A DNA stretch of 37,142 nucleotides from assembly GCA_021813835.1 (NCBI GenBank), contig JAKAJJ010000001.1, forward strand, positions 1-37,142, written 5' to 3'. Shown here one piece after another: positions 1 to 7,370 of this stretch; position 1 is the first letter of the stretch, and each line of letters starts with the position of its first letter. The DNA comes from a bacterium. GTDB lineage: Bacteria; Patescibacteriota; Minisyncoccia; Phycocordibacterales; Phycocordibacteraceae. The notes under the pieces were generated by a model. The model was not told where the DNA came from. It did not search any database and saw nothing but the letters and a program-made list of their open reading frames with translations. Made by a program: the position numbers and the translations under genes.

Positions 1-21
1 TCATCACCATAGTAGAGATTA

Positions 22-129
22 AACCCATTTTACCAAAGATTGCTGAACGCCGCCCGCCGCCTCGCGGACTCGGCGGCAGCGGCGGAAATGCGGTGCGGGA
101 CGGCGCGGCAAGGCTGGGGTGCCGCGCCG
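22..129 (+). repeat. Left arm of a perfect 108-bp inverted repeat
   Basis: 22-129 (aacccattttaccaaag...ggggtgccgcgccg) is the exact reverse complement of 2523-2630. Confidence 0.95.
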
Positions 130-137
130 CCAAAAAC

Positions 138-166
138 TTGACATACGGCCTTGCTTGTGATAAGGT
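138..166 (+). promoter_or_regulatory. Sigma70-type promoter for the island operon
   Basis: TTGACA (138-143), 17-bp spacer, then TG-a-TAAGGT (161-166). Confidence 0.6.
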
Positions 167-203
167 CTCTATCAGAACCTTACGCATATCGCGTGGATAA
201 AGA

Positions 204-297
204 CGATCAAGCAATATCCCCGCTAGCAAGGCCGCAAACCGCCTGAAGTTCAAAGGTTCCCCTTTGGAATGTTAGCGGGGGTATTTTGTTTGTTTCG
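204..297 (+). promoter_or_regulatory. Structured 5' leader, possible attenuator
   Basis: 16-bp stem 213-228/270-285 (two G-U pairs) enclosing two small hairpins, followed by a U-rich tract. Confidence 0.5.
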
Positions 298-359
298 CCT
301 TTAGCCGCTCTCAGCTAAGGCGCTCTTTGACACTCACGAAAGCAGAAAGGAGGTGTTCA

Positions 360-647
360 ATGGACGAGAACGATGCCGTCAGAGGAATCATCCAAAAGAT
401 CGATTCCGACGGCAAGCATGGTCCGTATGCCATCGCGATGGTAGAGAGTTTGGGGTCAGTGACCTTTTCTCTCGAACGCCGCGTATGGAGCGAGGACGAC
501 AAACCGGGGCCGGGCGAAATCGTCATCCTATCCAAACTCCGCGAAAAGCGGGCCGGATGGAGAGCGATGCGAGCTCGGTACGTACGGCCGTCCGATAACA
601 GTCGGAACAGCCAAGCTAGCAATCAGCAAAGGAGCACCAAGCGATGA
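360..647 (+). CDS. Small hypothetical protein, possible OB-fold nucleic-acid-binding protein
   Basis: ATG at 360 after AGGAGG (348-353); beta-rich pattern (GIIQKI..HGPYAIA..SVTFSL..GEIVIL..WRA). The fold is an inference. Confidence 0.7.
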   Translation: MDENDAVRGIIQKIDSDGKHGPYAIAMVESLGSVTFSLERRVWSEDDKPGPGEIVILSKLREKRAGWRAMRARYVRPSDNSRNSQASNQQRSTKR

Positions 648-979
648 GCAAGAAGCAGACCCGTTCTTCCGCAGCGAAGACGAGCGCGAATTCCAAGGTG
701 ACGTACAAGGAGTTCGTGGAGCGTGCGATCAAGAGCCTGCGTGAGCCTCCCTACAAGGGGATTCACGTGGTTTTCTCCAACTTCAACAACGCATTCCGGC
801 AGTATTACGGCGAGGATCCGCGTCCCATCGTCGACCAGATGGTAGCCGAGGGATTTCTCGTTTTGCGCCCCGCGAGGGGCGGCGCCATCATCATGTTGGC
901 GTCGGATGCTGACGAGAAGTCGAAGGTCAAGAACGGCCCCAGCGCCGTGCTCGCCAAGATTCTCACCCAGAATGACTAA
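644..979 (+). CDS. Hypothetical protein, possibly winged-helix-like
   Basis: ATGA overlap with the upstream gene, AAGGAG SD, GIHVVFSNFNNAFRQYY motif. Confidence 0.75.
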   Translation: MSKKQTRSSAAKTSANSKVTYKEFVERAIKSLREPPYKGIHVVFSNFNNAFRQYYGEDPRPIVDQMVAEGFLVLRPARGGAIIMLASDADEKSKVKNGPSAVLAKILTQND

Positions 980-1004
980 CTCACAGAGCAAGGAGCAACC
1001 AGCA

Positions 1005-1847
1005 ATGAGCACCAAGACCAACGTCGCGGTCGCCGGAAAGCAGGATGTCGTCCTGCTGCCGGTCGCCGACCTCAAGATGAAGTTCGATGTCCGCAAGGCG
1101 TTGAATGAGGACCGCGTGCTTCTCTTCATGGAGATGTACGAGTCCGGCAATCATGTCCCGCCGATCGAAGTCGTGCGGGGCACGATGGATATCCATGATG
1201 GGCGTCACCGCAAGGCGGCGCTCGACCATCTCAACCGCAGGCACGCTGAGTGCGTGCTGGTGGAGCCGATGGAGTTCGTCGACCAGCTCATGGATGCGTT
1301 CGGGAAGAACATGTCCGACTCGCCGTTCCCGCCCACGCGGGCCGACGTCATCTTCGTTATGAAGCAGCTTTTGGATGCGAACGTTCCCAACGCGCACATC
1401 CAGAAGCGTTTTGAGGCCTTTTATCGGCCGTCGCACGTGCGCAAGCTCCTCAAGGACGCGCACAGCAACGTCGTGAGGGCAAAGATGGCGAAGGCGAAGA
1501 ACGCGGTCGCGCATGGCGGTCTGACCGTCAAGGCGGCTGCGGTCGAGCATGGGGTCGAGCCGGAGCGGTTGCAGGAAGAGATCACGGGCGTGAAGAAGCG
1601 GCGCAAGGCAACGAGCGTCAGCGACATCAAGACCGAGATTACCAACCGCCATCGCGGCAACTCGCAGAAGACGATCGCGGTGTTCCGCGATCTCCTCGAC
1701 AAGTTCGAGGACGGCGAAATGTCCGAGAAGAGCGTGCTGGAAGTGCTGTTGCACGTCCAGCGCCTCAGCACGGACGGCGCCAAGCGGGTGAACTCCTGGA
1801 TCGAGCGCTTCGAGTCCCTCAAGGGCTCGATGAAGGCGAAGTCCTAA
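1005..1847 (+). CDS. ParB/Srx-like N-terminal domain protein with helical C-terminus
   Basis: VPPIEV...IHDGRHRKAA ParB/sulfiredoxin signature; AAGGAG SD before ATG 1005. Confidence 0.8.
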   Translation: MSTKTNVAVAGKQDVVLLPVADLKMKFDVRKALNEDRVLLFMEMYESGNHVPPIEVVRGTMDIHDGRHRKAALDHLNRRHAECVLVEPMEFVDQLMDAFGKNMSDSPFPPTRADVIFVMKQLLDANVPNAHIQKRFEAFYRPSHVRKLLKDAHSNVVRAKMAKAKNAVAHGGLTVKAAAVEHGVEPERLQEEITGVKKRRKATSVSDIKTEITNRHRGNSQKTIAVFRDLLDKFEDGEMSEKSVLEVLLHVQRLSTDGAKRVNSWIERFESLKGSMKAKS

Positions 1848-1905
1848 CACCTCCACCTGGGACGAGCCGAGTAATCGGCTCGTCACAAACTTCCGCGGAG
1901 AAGCT

Positions 1906-2055
1906 ATGAGCAACGAGAAACTTTTTCGAGAAGCGCAGAAGCAACTCCGACTCGCTCGCCGCAACGTCGGTAAAGCATGGAAGGAGGTGCAAGAGATGAA
2001 GTTGATGCTCGCTCGCGCACAGCGCAAGCAACCGCTCGACATCAAATCCACGTAA
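1906..2055 (+). CDS. 49-aa basic helical protein (MSNEKLFREAQKQLRLARRNVGKAWKEVQEMKLMLARAQRKQPLDIKST), absent from the ORF track
   Basis: GGAG SD at 1897-1900, ATG 1906, TAA 2053-2055; lies before the operon terminator. Confidence 0.6.
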   Translation: MSNEKLFREAQKQLRLARRNVGKAWKEVQEMKLMLARAQRKQPLDIKST

Positions 2056-2086
2056 TCAATCTGTCTTTCGTGAGCGAAATACCCCC

Positions 2087-2117
2087 AAACCCCATCGGCG
2101 TCGCCGATGGGGTTTTT
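2087..2117. terminator. Intrinsic terminator, possibly bidirectional
   Basis: aaaccccatcggcg/cgccgatggggttt hairpin with a T run on the + strand. Confidence 0.75.
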
Positions 2118-2135
2118 GCTGTTTGGAGAGTTAAG

Positions 2136-2291
2136 ATGGCGGATTTTGGGGACACAAAACCCGCCACGGGGTCCCGACCGAAGCCGGGCGTAGGAGTTTC
2201 CCCCTACGGCGATCAAGCAAGTCCCACATGACGGGTTCTCTGTGCTTGATCGCCTATTCGCCATGCCAGCCGCCCTGCGGCTGGTTTAGGC
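2136..2291 (-). ncRNA. Candidate structured RNA, copy 1 (family unidentified)
   Basis: Same blocks and covarying stems as 32825-32978; upstream TG-c-TACCAT -10-like box near 2317-2325 (minus strand). Confidence 0.7.
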
Positions 2292-2343
2292 TACTTCATT
2301 ATTCAGTTGTAAGAAGATGGTAGCATTTTGCTTGAAAATTATC

Positions 2344-2510
2344 TAGAGCATGTCTGAAAACCCGCGGCACCCAAGCCGAACTGCCGGTTTTTGCGCCGAG
2401 GCGCCGAACTGGAGTCCGAACCGTACTGTACGTACAGTGAGGACGAAGCGAGCGCGCCGCAGGCCAAAAAACGACAGTGCAGGCAGGGGGAGGTTTTCAG
2501 ACATGCTCTA
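2344..2510. mobile_element. MITE, 167 bp, with 19-bp perfect terminal inverted repeats
   Basis: tagagcatgtctgaaaacc (2344-2362) and ggttttcagacatgctcta (2492-2510); TA at both ends; no transposase. Confidence 0.8.
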
Positions 2511-2522
2511 ATTGATTGACGA

Positions 2523-2630
2523 CGGCGCGGCACCCCAGCCTTGCCGCGCCGTCCCGCACCGCATTTCCGCCGCTGCCGCCGAGTCCGCGAGGCGGCGGGC
2601 GGCGTTCAGCAATCTTTGGTAAAATGGGTT
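2523..2630 (-). repeat. Right arm of the 108-bp inverted repeat
   Basis: Exact reverse complement of 22-129. Confidence 0.95.
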
Positions 2631-2737
2631 CGTGCGAAGCGGGCTAATACATCACAATGGTGGGGATTGGAGAATAGGGCGGGGAGTTATGGGTTAGTAT
2701 TGATACGTTCGCACGCTTATCAAATTACCTTTGCACT

Positions 2738-3397
2738 ATGCGCTTTCTTAAAAATCCCCGTGTTCTCTCCGCGACCGCCGGCGCGGCGTTCGCGCTTGCG
2801 CTCCTTGCAAGCGCGCCCTTCGTTCAGGCGGCGTCCCTCAGCGCTTCCCAAATAAGCGCTATTACCAATCTCTTGCAGACGTTCGGCGTAGACGCTGCGA
2901 CCGTCGCGAACGTGCAGTCCGTGCTCGAAGGAAATGCGCCCGCGACGCCTGCGGTTTCTTCGTCGGCGCCGGCGCCCTTGAGCAACGCTTCTTCCGAAGG
3001 CGTCGCGCAGGCCACGGCGAATGCGAGCAGCTGCTCCGTGATTTCCGGCAACCTGCAGGTCGGTTCGTCGGGCGAAGACGTGACGCGCCTCCAGCAGTTC
3101 CTCTCCCAGGATAAGGCCGTCTACCCGCAGGGCCTCGTCACCGGCTACTTCGGCGAGGATACCCAAGCGGCCGTCCAGCGCTGGCAGACCGATCGCGGCA
3201 TCGTCGCGACCGGAACTCCTGATTCCACCGGCTACGGCGTTGTCGGCCCGCACACGCGCGGCGATATGAACAGAGAGATGGAGGTGGAATGCGAGGGCGG
3301 CGACCACAATGCGACGGCGTCGACGTCTCCCGAGTCGAGCTCGGGCGATGCGAGCGCCTCCTCGACGTCCGACCATTCGGGAACGGGAGATAACTAA
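2738..3397 (+). CDS. Secreted peptidoglycan-binding-domain (PG_binding_1-like) protein
   Basis: Signal peptide; LQVGSSGEDVTRLQQFL...TGYFGEDTQAAVQRWQ...GVVGPHTR. Confidence 0.85.
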   Translation: MRFLKNPRVLSATAGAAFALALLASAPFVQAASLSASQISAITNLLQTFGVDAATVANVQSVLEGNAPATPAVSSSAPAPLSNASSEGVAQATANASSCSVISGNLQVGSSGEDVTRLQQFLSQDKAVYPQGLVTGYFGEDTQAAVQRWQTDRGIVATGTPDSTGYGVVGPHTRGDMNREMEVECEGGDHNATASTSPESSSGDASASSTSDHSGTGDN

Positions 3398-3408
3398 ACG
3401 GGAAAAAC

Positions 3409-3440
3409 AACAGCCGCCGGCCTAGGGGCCGGCGGCTGTT
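3409..3440. terminator. Terminator hairpin between convergent genes
   Basis: 14-bp stem aacagccgccggcc/ggccggcggctgtt. Confidence 0.7.
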
Positions 3441-3459
3441 CTCGTTTCAGGAGATGCCG

Positions 3460-4131
3460 CTATTCCACCGAGACGTCCCGGAAGACGGACGCGGTGATGG
3501 TCGAACTGGCGACCGGCCCCCAGACGCGGACCGTATCGCCGTTATTCACCTTGCCGAAATCGAGCGTCGTCCAGTTTCCGGCGAGGACCTTCGCGCCCGA
3601 CGCGAGCGTCACGGAATATGCCGTGCCGTCCCCGGTCGTGAGCGTGAAGGCCTGCCCCGCCGTATCGAGGTTGGAGAGCGCGCCCTCGACGTTGCGCGGC
3701 GTGCCGGCCCGCATCTCCTGCCGTACCGCCTGCACGTTCGTCTTGACCTCCTGATTCAGCGCCCGGCGCGCTGTCCAGTCGCGGACGAGGGTCGCGTCGA
3801 CGGTCCACGCCGCGTTCTGGTCCACCGTGCCCTCCACGCCGACGAAATCGCCGGTCCGGAAGCTCGTGAGCGCAGCGCCCTGCGGCAGGACCTTCGCGGA
3901 GGAGCCGACATTCACCGTCCAGACACCGCCCCAGCCCTTGACCGTCACGGAGCCGGACGAAACCGCGTCCACCATGCCGCGCAAAAGGACACGGCCGTCC
4001 CTATTCACGTTAAGCACCATCGGTTGAGTTGCCGCCGCGGTCGGCGCTCCCGTCGTCCGCGCGAACGCGACGCCGGAAGACGCGAGGAGACCGGCGATGC
4101 CGAGCACTGCAAGCACGTTCTTTTTTGCCAT
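3460..4131 (-). CDS. Secreted protein with two DUF5666-like (OB-like) repeats
   Basis: Signal peptide MAKKNVLAVLGIAGLLA; repeated G-V..V....TV....GD-V-V-G patterns. Confidence 0.7.
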   Translation of the reverse strand: MAKKNVLAVLGIAGLLASSGVAFARTTGAPTAAATQPMVLNVNRDGRVLLRGMVDAVSSGSVTVKGWGGVWTVNVGSSAKVLPQGAALTSFRTGDFVGVEGTVDQNAAWTVDATLVRDWTARRALNQEVKTNVQAVRQEMRAGTPRNVEGALSNLDTAGQAFTLTTGDGTAYSVTLASGAKVLAGNWTTLDFGKVNNGDTVRVWGPVASSTITASVFRDVSVE

Positions 4132-4304
4132 AACCAAAGAATTAGTTCGTAATCTACTAATATTTAAGAAGAACAATCCTCATTCACAGGGAGCGGATAC
4201 GAGTATACCCGCTCGCGTACCTCTATATACGTAGGAAACTCGGCCCTGTTTCCCTTCCCATTCTCGCTTCAGAAGGACCGTGCGGTGTGATATAGTCCCC
4301 GTAC

Positions 4305-4377
4305 GCGCGGTTAGCTCAGTTGGTAGAGCACTTCCTTGACGTGGATGGGGTCAGGGGTTCGAGTCCCTTACCGCGCA
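4305..4377 (+). tRNA. tRNA-Val(GAC)
   Basis: GCGCGGT/ACCGCGC acceptor stem, TTGACGT anticodon loop, GGTTCGAGTCC T-arm; CCA not encoded; TG-a-TATAGT upstream. Confidence 0.95.
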
Positions 4378-4454
4378 CAGAATGAAGTCGCGCAAATTTC
4401 CGGCAGGAAATTATGCGTGACCCAGTCGCCGTGTGTGCTATAACAAACCCACCG

Positions 4455-5270
4455 ATGCGACCGAGACGGCATACCACGCTCCCCCGCAAAACGATGCGCC
4501 GGCATTCTCCGGCGCCCGGCAAGCCCGCAAGCGGAAAAGTATATATTTACGGCCGCCACGCGCTCGCCGAAGCGCTCCGGAGCGCCCCGCAGGTCGTCCG
4601 CAAGGCCTTCATCGCTCCGGAGATGCGCGATACCGAACTGCGCGCGTTCCTCGAGAAAAACGCCGTTCCCACGGCGCCGCTTGCGGGCGGCCGCGGGAAG
4701 GAACTGGTCGGGAAAGAGGCGGCGTACCAGGGCGTCATCGCCGCGATAGACCCGTCATCCCTGCTCGTCTCCCTCGACGATTTCCTGAAAGGGCTCGACA
4801 TGCGGACGAATCCGGCTGTCGCCGTCCTCGGCGAAGTGCAGGACCCGCACAACGTGGGCGCCATCATCCGCTGCGCAGCGGCCTTCGGCCTTTCGGGCGT
4901 CTTCATCCCCGAACACCGCCAAGCGCCCGTGACGGGAGCCGTCGTGAAGGCCTCGGCGGGAATGGCGTTCCGCATCCCGCTCGTCACCATCGGCAACGTG
5001 AACCACGCTCTCCGCGTATTGAAAGAAAAGGGATTTTGGATTTACGGACTCGCGATGGGCGGCGCGGTAACGCTCGGCGCGGAGACATTCGGCGCCCCCG
5101 CCGCCTTCGTGGTCGGCAACGAAGCGGCGGGCATCCGCGAGAAAACGCTCGAGGCGTGCGACGTGACGCTCGCGATCCCGATGCATGCGCGGACGGAATC
5201 CCTGAACGCCGCCGCCTCCGCCGCGGTCGTGTTCTACGAGTGGTCGCGCAAGCACCCGGAGGCGCTTTAA
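4455..5270 (+). CDS. rlmB: TrmH/SpoU (RlmB-like) RNA 2'-O-methyltransferase
   Basis: QDPHNVGAIIR, VGNEAAGI and ESLNAAAS SPOUT motifs; start uncertain (4413/4455/4494). Confidence 0.85.
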   Translation: MRPRRHTTLPRKTMRRHSPAPGKPASGKVYIYGRHALAEALRSAPQVVRKAFIAPEMRDTELRAFLEKNAVPTAPLAGGRGKELVGKEAAYQGVIAAIDPSSLLVSLDDFLKGLDMRTNPAVAVLGEVQDPHNVGAIIRCAAAFGLSGVFIPEHRQAPVTGAVVKASAGMAFRIPLVTIGNVNHALRVLKEKGFWIYGLAMGGAVTLGAETFGAPAAFVVGNEAAGIREKTLEACDVTLAIPMHARTESLNAAASAAVVFYEWSRKHPEAL

Positions 5271-5301
5271 TCCGGCACTACTTACGCGGTACTATCCCCC
5301 T

Positions 5302-6162
5302 ATGCCCCACAAGCACACGGTTATCCTCTACCACGCCGATTGTCCGGACGGCTTCGGCGGCGCGTACGCCGCGTGGAAGAAATTCGGTCCTGACGCCGAG
5401 TACGTACCCGCCGACCATCACGCGCTCCCCGAGATCGAATGGCAGGGGAAAGATGTCTACTTGGTGGATATGTGCTACCCGCTCCCGCGCATGGAAGAAC
5501 TGCTCGCCCGCGCGCGCTCGGTGACCGTGCTTGACCATCACTTGGGCGTACGGGACGTCGTCGAGCGCATTCCCGCGCACGTGTTCGACGAGAAGAGATC
5601 CGGCTCGGTTATCGCCTGGGAGTATTTCCATCCGCACACGCCCATTCCGGTCCTGCTCTCCTACGTGCAGGACGGCGATTTGTATACGTTCGCGCTCCCT
5701 CACGCGCGCGCCTTTCTCGCTTACTGCTACGTCCAGCCGTTCACCTTCGAAGCGTGGGAGACGCTCGTCGCGCGTATGGAAGACGCGGGAGAACGGGAGA
5801 AAATACGCGCGCGCGGCGAGGCCTATGTCGAGTACGACCAGGTGCTCAAGCGCCAGATCGCGGACAAGGCGTGGCTGGTATCTTTCGAAAGCCGCGAGGT
5901 GCTCGCCGTCGACGCGCCGCGCTTTTTCGCGTCGGACGTCGGACACCTCCTTTCCGAACGCAAACCGCCGCTCGGGATCGTTATCCGGATAAAGCGCGAC
6001 GGCGTGCGCGTGTCGCTGCGCGGCGACGGTTCCGTCGACGTTTCGGCGATCGCGCGAAAATACGGGGGGAACGGGCATCCGAACGCGGCGGCATTCGTCG
6101 TTCCTCTCGGCGCTCCGCTTCCTTTCATCGCCGTCCACCATCATGAAGATCCTCGCGATTGA
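5302..6162 (+). CDS. DHH/DHHA1 family phosphoesterase
   Basis: YHADCPDG, LDHH, SLR and GGNGHPNAA motifs. Confidence 0.9.
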   Translation: MPHKHTVILYHADCPDGFGGAYAAWKKFGPDAEYVPADHHALPEIEWQGKDVYLVDMCYPLPRMEELLARARSVTVLDHHLGVRDVVERIPAHVFDEKRSGSVIAWEYFHPHTPIPVLLSYVQDGDLYTFALPHARAFLAYCYVQPFTFEAWETLVARMEDAGEREKIRARGEAYVEYDQVLKRQIADKAWLVSFESREVLAVDAPRFFASDVGHLLSERKPPLGIVIRIKRDGVRVSLRGDGSVDVSAIARKYGGNGHPNAAAFVVPLGAPLPFIAVHHHEDPRD

Positions 6163-7351
6163 GACGAGTTGCGATGAAACCGCCATCGCCATCGTTGACG
6201 CTGAAGGTGACGAAAAATCCGCGCGGTTCCGCGTGCTCGGCGACGCCCTCCTCTCGCAGGTAGAAATCCACAAGGCATACGGCGGCGTCTTCCCCGCCCT
6301 CGCCAAGCGCGAACACGCCAAAAACATCGTTCCCCTCCTCGAGGCGGCGCTCGAAGAGGCGGAACTCCTGCGCGAAGACGCGCAGGCGCTCTCCGGGAAG
6401 ACGCGCGCGGCCGTCGTCGCGCTCCTTGCACGCGAGCCGGGACTCGAGGAGCAGTTCCTCGAATTCGTCGGGGAGTGCGAGCCGCCCGCCATCGACGCGA
6501 TAGCGGTCACGGAGGGCCCCGGCCTTGAACCGGCGCTCTGGGTCGGCATCAATTTCGCCAAGGCGCTCGGCCTCGCGTGGAATAAGCCCCTCGTCGCGGT
6601 CGACCATATGGAAGGGCATATTTTCGCGGCGCTCGCGCGCGAGGCCCCTGCAGAAGGGCACCTTCTGCAGGAGGAAGGTGCCCTTCTGCAGATCGGGGAT
6701 GCGGAGATGCCGGTGCTCGCGCTCCTCGTCTCGGGCGGCCACACGGAACTCGTCCTGATGAAGGAGTGGCTCCGCTACGAGCTCGTGGGACGGACGCGCG
6801 ACGACGCCGTCGGCGAGGCCTTCGACAAGGTCGCGCGCATGCTCGGCCTTCCCTATCCGGGCGGCCCCGAGATTTCCAAACTCGCCGAAGCGGCGCGGGC
6901 CGCGGGCCAAGCCAGCCCGTTCACGCTCCCGCGGCCGATGCTTGATTCACCGTCCTGCGACTTCTCGTTCGCCGGCCTCAAGACCGCCGTCCTCTACCTC
7001 CTCAAGGAGCGGACGGGAGTGGGCGGAGCGGAGAAAAGGCATATCGCGCACGAGTTCGAGAACGCCGTCGCGGACGTCCTGTGGAAGAAGACCGCGCGCG
7101 CTCTCGCGGAGACCGGCGCGCGGACGCTCGTCATCGGCGGCGGCGTCTCGGCTAACGCCCACCTCCGCCGCGTTTTTACGGAAAAAATGAAGGAAGAATA
7201 CCCGGACGCGGCGCTGCACATCCCCGCTCCCGCCCTCACGACCGACAACGCCGTGATGATCGCGCTCGCCGGCTACTACCGCGCGCTCCGCAAGGACTAC
7301 GCGCGCGACATCATCGCGCGCGGCAACCGCGCGCTCGCGGAAAGGCGCTGA
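6143..7351 (+). CDS. tsaD: tRNA N6-adenosine threonylcarbamoyltransferase
   Basis: LAIETSCDET, HMEGH, SGGHT, DDAVGEAFDKVAR, TDNAVMIA. Confidence 0.97.
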   Translation: MKILAIETSCDETAIAIVDAEGDEKSARFRVLGDALLSQVEIHKAYGGVFPALAKREHAKNIVPLLEAALEEAELLREDAQALSGKTRAAVVALLAREPGLEEQFLEFVGECEPPAIDAIAVTEGPGLEPALWVGINFAKALGLAWNKPLVAVDHMEGHIFAALAREAPAEGHLLQEEGALLQIGDAEMPVLALLVSGGHTELVLMKEWLRYELVGRTRDDAVGEAFDKVARMLGLPYPGGPEISKLAEAARAAGQASPFTLPRPMLDSPSCDFSFAGLKTAVLYLLKERTGVGGAEKRHIAHEFENAVADVLWKKTARALAETGARTLVIGGGVSANAHLRRVFTEKMKEEYPDAALHIPAPALTTDNAVMIALAGYYRALRKDYARDIIARGNRALAERR

Positions 7352-7370
7352 TTTGCTATATTTTGAGGCA

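Noticed and set aside
4342..4346. Single anticodon-stem mismatches in tRNA-Val (and tRNA-Arg) as signs of pseudo-tRNAs
   Set aside because: The rest of each cloverleaf is canonical and single mismatches are tolerated.
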